DNA of 64,000 nt from Histomonas meleagridis 2922-C6/04-290x (lineage: Eukaryota; Protista; Parabasalia): assembly GCA_020184695.1 (NCBI GenBank), contig JAANOX010000199.1:1-64000 (forward strand), given 5' to 3'. The notes below the pieces were generated by a model. That model searched no databases and was not told the origin of the DNA. It saw only the letters and a program-made list of their open reading frames with translations. This document shows positions 48,385 to 58,132 of this stretch, piece by piece (position 1 is the stretch's first letter; each line of letters starts with the position of its first letter). The position numbers and the translations under genes are program-made.

Positions 48385-49000
48385 TATTGCATATAATTTA
48401 CTTTTATAAAGGCGAGTTTGAACCATTGATGTATTTCCATAAGTTGTAAGATAAAAGTTATGTTGTAGCACAAATTTATCCTTTTCAACACCGTATGTAC
48501 CAAATGACAACCAAACATCTCCAGTTGATGCATGATAAGTAGTATGACTTTTAGGAATTGTTGTTGTAGATCCATGTTAAAAAGTTCATATGAATAACTT
48601 GTCAGTAACACTTTACGCTGTGTTAAAATTATGTTAGAATTAATCTTTTTATAATTTACATTGCTTTTATTCACTTTTATTTCAATATCGACAATGTCGA
48701 TCTTTTGATCGAATACCAAAAAGATCTCTGATTGAAAGTAAACTTATAATGCTGAATCAAATGAAAGTGATTTATGTCCATATCCTTTATTATCTCATAA
48801 TGCCTTCTGTAGAATTAATTGTAACGCTGTAACCTGAACTAGCATCCCATGAACCAAAAATTCATAATCATAAATAAAACTAGAATTTTTGGTAACATTG
48901 AATTCAAAATCATTAATAAAGTCTTTCCAAATAAGTTTCCCGAACGATAGTATTTTGATTGAGTAATTTGAGAAAGGTTAATTCCTTACTTAGTATATTA
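48385..49000 (-). pseudogene. Possible decayed gene (fragmented protein-like frames)
   Basis: Minus-strand fragments IWKDFINDFEFNVTKNSSFIYDYE and GSTTTIPKSHTTYHASTGDVWLSFGTYG...YAINM* are separated by stops and frameshifts. Confidence 0.3.
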
Positions 49001-49852
49001 TTTTCTTTGGCATATTAATTTTTACTATTGATATATATAAACAGTTTGAAGCTATTTAAATCTTATTATATAAAAAGTTTAATTTTATTTGTTTTTATAT
49101 CACTTTTTTTACAATAAAGAGTTTGCATAAATAACAAAATATATATTTTTTCGCAGATTGAGAATGATTATCCAGAAAAATTCCTATATGAAGAAAAAAA
49201 TTATTAACGTGTTCTTGTCTGAAATTTTAACTGTATTTCACAAACAAATGAAAACTTCATCAATATTTCAAAGAAGAAAAATGAAAAATGCACTTTTATT
49301 TTTTAAAATACTGTTTTTTCATAGGAACAAAACAAGTTGTTGATTTCCCTGGTCCACGTAAATTTTTAGATTGTTAATCTTGTGCAAATGACATATTTTT
49401 TATGAAAATTTCAATTATCTCAAACATAATATTAATGAATTTATTCGTGTTCATTTTTTTTCCTACCAACACCACAGATGAATACAATAAATTTTTAAAT
49501 TAAATTATTCGGAAATATGTAGGGAAAGGAAAAATTGAGCAGTCAATCACCAAATAAATATGGGTATACATTGATATTACTTTTTTATTTTTTTCATAAA
49601 GCAGTTTTCGAGAAAATAAACTAAATTTAATTAAGCATTAAAATCCAGAAAATTCAAATATCGATTCAATTCTTTTTTTAAACTTGTTGTGGAAAATTGG
49701 CAGCACTTTTCGATCGGTCTAATAGAATCACGTGCAAAAAGTGGAACCGATACTGAATTTTCAACCTAAACTTCTGAAATATATATTGTTGACAAAACCG
49801 TTGGTTAAAAAAATGTTTTTGAACAAAATATGGAAAAAAAACATTTTTAACA

Positions 49853-50503
49853 CTAAACAGGATCATATATTTTCTTTCCTGTGAGATTTTGGATTCGGCT
49901 CGCTAAGGTGGGTGTGAAAAGTTTCGAGATTGGAGGCTCCTTTTTCGAAGTTTTGTTATGTTTAGGTGTATTTGGTTTCTTGGATTCGGTTTCGTTGTTG
50001 GGCTTTATTTTGAAAAATTCGTTGTTTTTGGCTTTCTTCTTGGTATTACTTTGGTTGATAATTCCAGGGATTAAACATTCCGGTGCTTTGTTTCTTCCTG
50101 AACCTGTTTGCTTTTGAAGTTCTTCCATTAAATGATAATTTTCTTCTTTGAGCTCTTCGATCTTGGCTTCTAACTCCCGAATCGTGTTATTCGATTTATT
50201 AAAGTGATTTCGTAAAAGCTCTTTTTGGTTATTATGAAAACGAAGTACGTTCATCGTTTTTTGTAACAAATTTTCTGGTTCTTCAAAAAATTGAAGAATT
50301 TCGGGTGGAAGAGAATCAGAAAGGGATATAGTGCCACACTGTGATTTACAAATTGGACATGTCGCTTTCCCATCATTTGTTTGAATTTGGCAATCTGGTC
50401 GATTACAAAAAAAATGGCCACAACTTGTTAAAATACCGCCATTCTTTTCGAAACCCTTAAAGCAATTGTTGCACCGTATCCAGTCATTGACAAAATCAGA
50501 CAT
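49853..50503 (-). CDS. RNF212: RNF212/Zip3-like RING plus coiled-coil protein
   Basis: N-terminal WIRCNNCF...LTSCGHFFC...C...CPICKSQC..ISL...LPPEILQFF, then coiled coil and basic tail. Confidence 0.7.
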   Translation of the reverse strand: MSDFVNDWIRCNNCFKGFEKNGGILTSCGHFFCNRPDCQIQTNDGKATCPICKSQCGTISLSDSLPPEILQFFEEPENLLQKTMNVLRFHNNQKELLRNHFNKSNNTIRELEAKIEELKEENYHLMEELQKQTGSGRNKAPECLIPGIINQSNTKKKAKNNEFFKIKPNNETESKKPNTPKHNKTSKKEPPISKLFTPTLASRIQNLTGKKIYDPV

Positions 50504-50949
50504 GTTTCGGAATTTGTGTCAGAACATCAAAAAAATTTGATGTGGGAAAAAGTGACATATTGAAAAAAAAATAGAAATTTTAATATAAATAAAGCAAAAA
50601 ATAAGGTTAACACTAAAGATTATAAATTTTAGTAATTAGCTTAACCCTACAATAATCATCTTTGATTTTCTTCTTCAAGTAAATATAAAATTGATTTGAT
50701 GTAAAACGAATAAAATATATTGAGATTTTTTCCTAAGACTTTGCAAGGCACTGAGAAAATCCACAAGAAAGAATTTTTGGTAGAAGAAAAAAAATTAAAA
50801 TATAATTAGTAGTAATCTTCTTATATGTTTTAAGGCTCCGCGTTGATTGATTATAGTGGTTAATAACTATGAAGAAACTTAAAGATAAACAATAAGTTGG
50901 AAACTTGAAAAATGTGGCTGTTTCTTATTATGTCACTTTTTAGGATAAA

Positions 50950-51606
50950 ATGGATAAAAACTCATTCGAATATGCGAAAGGAATTATCGAAAAGTTGTTT
51001 GAAATACCAACTAACACTGATTTTTCATATCCTGTTGCAGATTATATTAAAGATTATCGCGATATAATAGAACGTCCAATGGATCTAATGACTGTAAAAA
51101 ATAATCTAGCTAAAGGCGTTTACAAAACACTTAAGGAATGGTACGATGATATTTGCCTTGTTTATAACAATTGTATTAAATATTATTCTCAATCACAAGA
51201 TCGAGTTGTTGCCGATCTTTATATCAAACTGGCAGAATACAATTTAAATAAATTTAAAAAAATGACTGCTGCATTTTCATGTAATTCTGACCAAGAATGG
51301 TTTGATCTAACATCAAAAATTTACAACAAATTATTTTCCACCATTAAAAAATGTCCATTTACAATAAATCAATTACAAAACAATTCTACAGATATACCAC
51401 TTACCTCACGAGAAATCTCAGAAACTGTTGAAAAGTTAAATTCAATGGTCAAAGATGAATCGACCAAAAAGGAAATTGTCAAAATCCTCAAAGAGACAGA
51501 CCCTGAAATAGAACTAAATAATGACGAGTTGACAATAAATGCCGAAGACCTAAAACAGGAAACAATGAATGCGCTTTGGGTATATGTTAAATCCCAAGAA
51601 ATTTAA
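50950..51606 (+). CDS. Bromodomain protein with ET-like C-terminus
   Basis: FSYPV....KDYRDIIERPMDLMTVK...VYNNCIKYY; C-terminal ELTINAEDLKQETMNALWVYV. Confidence 0.88.
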   Translation: MDKNSFEYAKGIIEKLFEIPTNTDFSYPVADYIKDYRDIIERPMDLMTVKNNLAKGVYKTLKEWYDDICLVYNNCIKYYSQSQDRVVADLYIKLAEYNLNKFKKMTAAFSCNSDQEWFDLTSKIYNKLFSTIKKCPFTINQLQNNSTDIPLTSREISETVEKLNSMVKDESTKKEIVKILKETDPEIELNNDELTINAEDLKQETMNALWVYVKSQEI

Positions 51607-51990
51607 ATAAAAATGTTTGGGAATTATTAAATAAAGTTTAAATCTGTTAAATTTGTTTTAACGAAATCTTATGAGAAGTATTTCATCCTCAAATTATCAA
51701 TCTGATCAAATTTGTTTTTGCAACAAGACAAATTTTAAACTGTTTCACAGAAAAAACCATCGTCGTTCTGAATTTTTTATCGTTTGTCCAGGATTTTGGG
51801 CACAGAAATGACAATGAAAACATCTAAAACAAGACTTTTAACTATATTTTGCATTTGTTCATCTGCTATTTATAATCTCTTTGCTTTATATTGATGAAAT
51901 TACATTAAAAATTTTTAAAAAATGAGATTTTTTAAATATATTTTTATTAATAAATGAAATAGTTCAGATATTTTACAAAAAAAATTATTT

Positions 51991-54924
51991 TTATAGCTTT
52001 GACAAAATGGCCGATATTCTCAATGATTTTGCTCTTGACTTTCCACACATTGCCTGAATTTTCGGCACAATTTGCATATTATTTCTGATTAATCTTAGCA
52101 ATAAATCTTGTAACTGCTCTGCTAATTGTGCGTCAATCATATCACTTAATTTCTTTTTATCGAACATAAACAATCGACACAACGAAAATGTTACGGCGTT
52201 TTGTAATTCAATTTGGATAATTTTTCCTGAATCGAAGAAAATGAGCAAATTGCGAAACATCGCATCTACATTTTCAGCATCATTTTGTGGGAAATCCTCA
52301 AAAACTTGACATAAAATTCCTTGCGGGAAATCATCAATTGAAATTGCAAGTGCCAAAAATAACGAAGAAAGATTTTCTATAACATTTTGGTAGCCACTTT
52401 TTGTAGACCTTGCAATTTCCCACCATTTAATGAAAGTGTTCATCAAATTCATTATCAAAGGTATTAATTCCGGATGTTTAATCACGCAAATATTAAACAA
52501 ATGTATAATATTTTCTTGCATTCCAGGATAAGTCGCAGATTCTATAGTCGAAGCCACTTCATTTATAATTGCTTGATGCATTTCATTTGATACTGCATCA
52601 TAAAGTATTGCATCAGATAATGCGCCAATTGCAGCACATTGATCTAATTGTGAATTTCTTTTCATCCAAAGTAATAAAAATTGACATATTTCATTATTAA
52701 TTGGTGATTTAACAATGATTAAAGATGTAATTAATTTACATATGTTTAAGAATAATGTTAAAGATGTATCAATTTGTATTAATGGTAAATCCCTTAAAAA
52801 CGAAACTTTTCCATTAATAATTTTAGTCAAAAGATTTATCGATGATTGTATCATTTTAGCTAAGATATTATTATTAGATGAATATTTAAGTAAACTTGAA
52901 TATGAATGTAATGATTCTGATATAACATTAATGTATATATCTTCTTTAATAATTGTTCGAAGTTTCTTCGAAAATATTAATCTTTGTTCATCATTAAATA
53001 ATTTTGATAATGATCGAATTGCTTCAATAGATGTTAATTGTAATGTTTGTTCATAATCAAGATATTTAAGAATAACTTCAATTAATTTCGGTGAAATAAT
53101 TTGTATTATGTTATTATCATTTGTATACTTAATAACTTTACATAATATAAGAATTGAAGTTGATGAAATATTTTCATTTGTTTCAATGTTATTTATAAAC
53201 CCAAATATTATTTCAATATATGGTAATATTATATCTAAAACAGACTCATGAAATGATGTAATTAAATCTTGTAAAAATCCTAATGTCATTGTGATAACAT
53301 CTGAATTAGAATACATTAAACATGGCTGAATTGATTTCCCAATTATATTTATTACATCTGTAATTAAATCAGTATCAAATTGTATTAATGCATGTGCCAT
53401 ATTAAATGATGATGCTATAGCTATTACATTTTCATTATTATTATGGACGTTTTGTAATAGATTTAATATGATTTCAGTATCACTATCATCAAAATCTGTT
53501 GTAATATTAATGGAATATGCAATTATAGTAAAATATAATGTAATGTCATCAGGATGAATTTGAGGATAATAATTCCAAACGATTTTAAAAAATTGTGGTA
53601 TTTCACAATCAACTTGTTTACATATAGTTAAAATTGCTGTGTAACAATGATGTCGTATTTCTGGTGATTCAGATATAATTTGTGGTATAAGTGCATTAAG
53701 TAATGTAAGATTATATACTTTCAAATATGAAAATACATTTTCTTGAAGTGATTCAATAACATATGCTGATGATTGTATTAATAATGGATTCTTTGTATTA
53801 ATTGCTGTAGTTAAAACTTTAATAAAATCTTCTGATTGTTTTGCGGAATATTCACCACCATCATTAAATAAAATTGAAAAAATTAGAATGGAGGAAGATG
53901 TATGAGAAACACTATTTTGTTGAATAATTTCAAATAATTTTTGTGAAAAAATGGGATATATGGTTTCATTTGGAAATGATTTGAAAAGTGACTCTATCAA
54001 ACTAAGTTGGTCAAATGGAAGTGTATCGGTTTCTTCGACCGTTTGCGCCATGATGTCAATGCAAAGTTGAAGAATTGTTCCTGTTTGATCTGGGTAAAGA
54101 TAAATACCATTAACAAGAGAAGTGGCTGGAAGTAAACGAAGGCTTGATGGAAAATTTCGAGATGATACACAATTTAAAGAGATTTGTATTAATTCTTGAG
54201 CTGCTTCTGGGATAATTTTTCCTTTAACAATTATATCACTAATGTAATTCCACAACCTTGAAAAATTGTTTGGATCATATGAAAATGATTGTCGAGATAT
54301 TTGTAGTATTCTTTCGAAAATTTGAGTAAACCATGTCATATCAAAATCATCAGTATAAACTAAAATATTAGAAAAGATATGAATACCATTTAACTGAATT
54401 CGAATATCATCTATTGAAATAAAAAAGTTAACAATTTCTATAAACTTATTAAACTGATTTGAAATAAAATCACCTTCAAAAACATCAATAACAGAATCAA
54501 ATATGTATGAACTTATTAATGGATTTGCTTGAAAATTGTTAAATAAATAATTTAATAAATCGTTCCATTCTTGTGAATCATTTTGAAAAACAAAAGAAAT
54601 TGTGTCTGAAATAATTTGGATGTCATTTTGCGATATTGGATTTTGAATTATTTCAATTAACCATTGTTTTATATTAGCTTGAGATTCAATTGGAAGTGAT
54701 TGCCAATGTTCTTTTATTGCCTTATAAAAGTAAGTCATTGACCCGTGGCGAATAGAATTAGAAATTGGATCAACATTTGTAATATTTCGGTATAAATTAA
54801 ATAATGCTGGGATTGAATTAGGATTTGAAAGCAGAACCTGAAGATTTTGTGTTGCTTCTTGTACAGTTTCAGACTGTAAAGTATTTACTATGAGTTGTTG
54901 AAGAGTTAAAGAAAGCTCTTCCAT
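51991..54924 (-). CDS. Importin-beta-family protein (importin-4-like); probable start MEELSL
   Basis: N-terminal VQEATQNL..L..NP.SIPAL...IRH.S..YF...I..HW importin-beta N-domain, followed by HEAT repeats. Confidence 0.75.
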   Translation of the reverse strand: MEELSLTLQQLIVNTLQSETVQEATQNLQVLLSNPNSIPALFNLYRNITNVDPISNSIRHGSMTYFYKAIKEHWQSLPIESQANIKQWLIEIIQNPISQNDIQIISDTISFVFQNDSQEWNDLLNYLFNNFQANPLISSYIFDSVIDVFEGDFISNQFNKFIEIVNFFISIDDIRIQLNGIHIFSNILVYTDDFDMTWFTQIFERILQISRQSFSYDPNNFSRLWNYISDIIVKGKIIPEAAQELIQISLNCVSSRNFPSSLRLLPATSLVNGIYLYPDQTGTILQLCIDIMAQTVEETDTLPFDQLSLIESLFKSFPNETIYPIFSQKLFEIIQQNSVSHTSSSILIFSILFNDGGEYSAKQSEDFIKVLTTAINTKNPLLIQSSAYVIESLQENVFSYLKVYNLTLLNALIPQIISESPEIRHHCYTAILTICKQVDCEIPQFFKIVWNYYPQIHPDDITLYFTIIAYSINITTDFDDSDTEIILNLLQNVHNNNENVIAIASSFNMAHALIQFDTDLITDVINIIGKSIQPCLMYSNSDVITMTLGFLQDLITSFHESVLDIILPYIEIIFGFINNIETNENISSTSILILCKVIKYTNDNNIIQIISPKLIEVILKYLDYEQTLQLTSIEAIRSLSKLFNDEQRLIFSKKLRTIIKEDIYINVISESLHSYSSLLKYSSNNNILAKMIQSSINLLTKIINGKVSFLRDLPLIQIDTSLTLFLNICKLITSLIIVKSPINNEICQFLLLWMKRNSQLDQCAAIGALSDAILYDAVSNEMHQAIINEVASTIESATYPGMQENIIHLFNICVIKHPELIPLIMNLMNTFIKWWEIARSTKSGYQNVIENLSSLFLALAISIDDFPQGILCQVFEDFPQNDAENVDAMFRNLLIFFDSGKIIQIELQNAVTFSLCRLFMFDKKKLSDMIDAQLAEQLQDLLLRLIRNNMQIVPKIQAMCGKSRAKSLRISAILSKL

Positions 54925-55010
54925 GTTGCTCGACCAACTCCATTTTTTGAAAAGTTTATATTGGGGCACCCCAATTCTATAAAATCAAAATTAACAATAT
55001 TTATTAAATT

Positions 55011-58000
55011 CTAGCCTAATGAGATATCATCAATTAATATAATTTTACGTGGTATCTTTGATGCCAAGTTATTGAGTTCTTGCAAATATTTGGTTATTTT
55101 ATTTTCTTTCATATTTGGCAAATCTTCACCAAATGCATTAACCATCTCTTTAAAGTATTCTTCCAATTCTGGTGAATCAACGTTCAATTCTATTGATGTA
55201 ATTACTGATAAATCAAACAACAAAATTTCTCTGAAAGGAAATGCCGTTTTTTCAAAATATGTTTCATTATGATTTAAAATAAATTGTAACATCCTTAGGA
55301 ATATTCTTTCAGTTTCTTCATGAACAAAGGCAACGAAATCTTGGCTTGTATTAGCGTAAAACAATTTCAATACATTACATCCTATTTGTGCGAAATCGGA
55401 ATTTGGCGCGAACATTGAATATTCAGAGGCGGTCAAACAAATTTGAAGGAACTCAGAAAGATTTGTGTGCAGCACGTTCAAATGCTTAGAAACCAATACA
55501 TTCAAAAATTGAGACAATTTTTCTGCGCATTTTGGATAACAAAAAATTGTTTCAACACCAATATTTCTAACTACTTGAAAGAACAAATTTAACAAGTTAA
55601 TTAAAACAGGGTCATTATAAATCTTAAATGCATTGAATTCTATATATCTTGCGCTGAATAATTCGATGAAATTTTGAAGTAAAAGTTCAAAAGCAGTTAA
55701 ATAATCGCCGAAGTTTACATTCGTTGCAACATTTAATAACATCTCTAAAAATGGAGTGAAAATAAGTGAAGAAGATTTAAACATTAAAATTCCATTTGGC
55801 GAGAAATCACCAAATTCAATTCGTGTTCCTTTAGATGTTATAAAACTCAACCAAAACTCAAACAATGCAATTGTTAAATAAGAGAATTGTAATAACAAAT
55901 TAATATTTTTTTCGAGTAAATTTAATTTATTTGGTACAAACCAAGAAAAAAGGATATTATATTCATGAGATTCAGAAGCTTGTTGGAATAGTGAAGATAA
56001 ATCTATTAAAGTTTTAGCTAAGTTTTGTGGATCATTAAAGTTAAGTCTATTCGAAAAGTTATTTAAAACATTTGGAATTGCTTCTTGATAATTTTTGTCG
56101 AAAATTTTTTGAAAAATTAATGAAAAGAAATTCTTTCGACATTCTTTATCAGCATTTCTTAAGAATGAATAATCGGAAAACAAAAACTCTTTCATAAGAT
56201 TATTATCAACAATTGTTGATTTAATTATACCGAATTGTGTTCGTTCAAACAAATCAATAATTTTTCTTATTAAAGAAGGCGAATTATCAAATGTTTTCAT
56301 TGATAATAAAATTCTATGAAATATTTGATTTGTTACATATTTAATATCTAAATTATCATTACCATAATCTATACGCATATTATAATAATATTTCCGTGAT
56401 TCATATGTATCTTTTCCAAAGTTGGTGTTCTGAAATAGAAAACAAAATGTTATAATTTCATGTTCTAAGAATATTTCATCTTCACCTTTCATTTCTTTAT
56501 AATTTATTAAGAAATCGGATTCTTTAGATTCTTCAACTAATTTATATAAACATATAAATAAAGGAATTTTAAGTTTGTTGAATTCATCATCATTTTTTTG
56601 TCCTTTAAGAATATAATTAATGATTTGTATTACTGTTGCTAATTTAATTTCATCTTCTCTTGATTTAGTGTTAAAGAATTGTTCCTTAAAATTATTAAAC
56701 ATTTCAGTAAAACATTTCGAAAAATATTCGAAATCAACTTCTGCTAAATTCGAAATATAACCAATTTGAACATAATTATAATATTCATCAGCTGTAAATA
56801 ATGTTGAAGCTTCATCAAAATTCTCTGATAATGCTTTTATTGTTATATCAGTATAATTTTGACAAATTGGTATAATCAAATCATGAATTTGAATATATTT
56901 ATGGACGGTGTTTTTACTATCAAAGAATTCCATCCAAAATTTAATCGCGTAATATATCGTTTGTGGATTAGATATAAATGTTTCATAATTTAATATATTT
57001 AATGTGAACTTATGATATAATAAAACATAATCGTTATATATTTGTATAAGATCTTTCATAAGTTCATCATTTGGTACAATATAAATTTGAATTTTATATG
57101 ATATAATACATATCAAATGAATTTCTTCAATTCCAAATTCTTTTGTTTGAAGTAAATCATTTAAATATTTTATTATATACCCATAAAGTTGCTTTATTAC
57201 ATTTATCTTTTCATCAATAATGAAAGAGCTGTGGATTGTTGATGATAATTTATATATAATTTCTAATATAAGTCGTATAAATTGTGGACATTTATCACTA
57301 TACATATATAATAATGATATAAATTGTGGGTCACTTATAGTGCGTGATGAACCTTCTGGCATATAAACTGTAAATCGTTTGATTTCATCATCTGTACAAT
57401 AGAGAACATCTGAATTAACTTTATATAAAAAGCATGAATCAATAAGTTTAAGTGACGATGAAATAAGAAGTTCTTGTGAACTATTTAAATGTGTTAAATC
57501 ACATGGTTCTGATAGAAATTTTGATAATGTATCAACAGATTTTTGAAGAATACGTGGCAATTCAAAAACATAAAAATTCTGCGAATTTTCCTCACTTCGA
57601 GAAAACTGTTCAACAAGTTGAATAAAAAAATTAATTGAGATTTCATCATTTAATTTACTAAGTCGTTCAAAAAATTTTGTAAATGTGGGATGAAACCTAT
57701 AAGACTTGGATACTAGTGTAGCATACAATATAGAAAGACTAAGAATTCTTGAAGATGATATGAAATTTTGGGGATTTTCTTGGATAATATTAAAAACCCA
57801 ACCTTCTAGATTTAAAGAAATATCAATATCCCAGGAACCAGAAAATCTTTCTACAATAATTGTCATTATTTTGAGAAGATTAAATTTTATTCTTGGATTT
57901 ACATTTGGATGAATATAAAGTTCTTGACAAATAGATAAATTTGATGAATCGGAGCATGTTTTTTCTAATTCTTCATTTCCTGCTTGAGTTGGATGAATAA

Positions 58001-58037
58001 TTTGTTCTTCTAATAGTTGACAAATAAAATTCTCCAT
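55011..58037 (-). CDS. XPO7: Exportin-7/RanBP16-like karyopherin
   Basis: RIEFGDFSPNGILMFK corresponds to exportin-7 R.QFD.SSPNGILLFR; YIEFNAFKIYNDP. Confidence 0.65.
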   Translation of the reverse strand: MENFICQLLEEQIIHPTQAGNEELEKTCSDSSNLSICQELYIHPNVNPRIKFNLLKIMTIIVERFSGSWDIDISLNLEGWVFNIIQENPQNFISSSRILSLSILYATLVSKSYRFHPTFTKFFERLSKLNDEISINFFIQLVEQFSRSEENSQNFYVFELPRILQKSVDTLSKFLSEPCDLTHLNSSQELLISSSLKLIDSCFLYKVNSDVLYCTDDEIKRFTVYMPEGSSRTISDPQFISLLYMYSDKCPQFIRLILEIIYKLSSTIHSSFIIDEKINVIKQLYGYIIKYLNDLLQTKEFGIEEIHLICIISYKIQIYIVPNDELMKDLIQIYNDYVLLYHKFTLNILNYETFISNPQTIYYAIKFWMEFFDSKNTVHKYIQIHDLIIPICQNYTDITIKALSENFDEASTLFTADEYYNYVQIGYISNLAEVDFEYFSKCFTEMFNNFKEQFFNTKSREDEIKLATVIQIINYILKGQKNDDEFNKLKIPLFICLYKLVEESKESDFLINYKEMKGEDEIFLEHEIITFCFLFQNTNFGKDTYESRKYYYNMRIDYGNDNLDIKYVTNQIFHRILLSMKTFDNSPSLIRKIIDLFERTQFGIIKSTIVDNNLMKEFLFSDYSFLRNADKECRKNFFSLIFQKIFDKNYQEAIPNVLNNFSNRLNFNDPQNLAKTLIDLSSLFQQASESHEYNILFSWFVPNKLNLLEKNINLLLQFSYLTIALFEFWLSFITSKGTRIEFGDFSPNGILMFKSSSLIFTPFLEMLLNVATNVNFGDYLTAFELLLQNFIELFSARYIEFNAFKIYNDPVLINLLNLFFQVVRNIGVETIFCYPKCAEKLSQFLNVLVSKHLNVLHTNLSEFLQICLTASEYSMFAPNSDFAQIGCNVLKLFYANTSQDFVAFVHEETERIFLRMLQFILNHNETYFEKTAFPFREILLFDLSVITSIELNVDSPELEEYFKEMVNAFGEDLPNMKENKITKYLQELNNLASKIPRKIILIDDISLG

Positions 58038-58132
58038 CTGAAATCAAGCAAACATTGTCAATTTTTCATTATCGAATGAACATTTTTTTTTCTTGAAAAT
58101 AAAATCAATACTAAAATTTATGAATTATCCTT

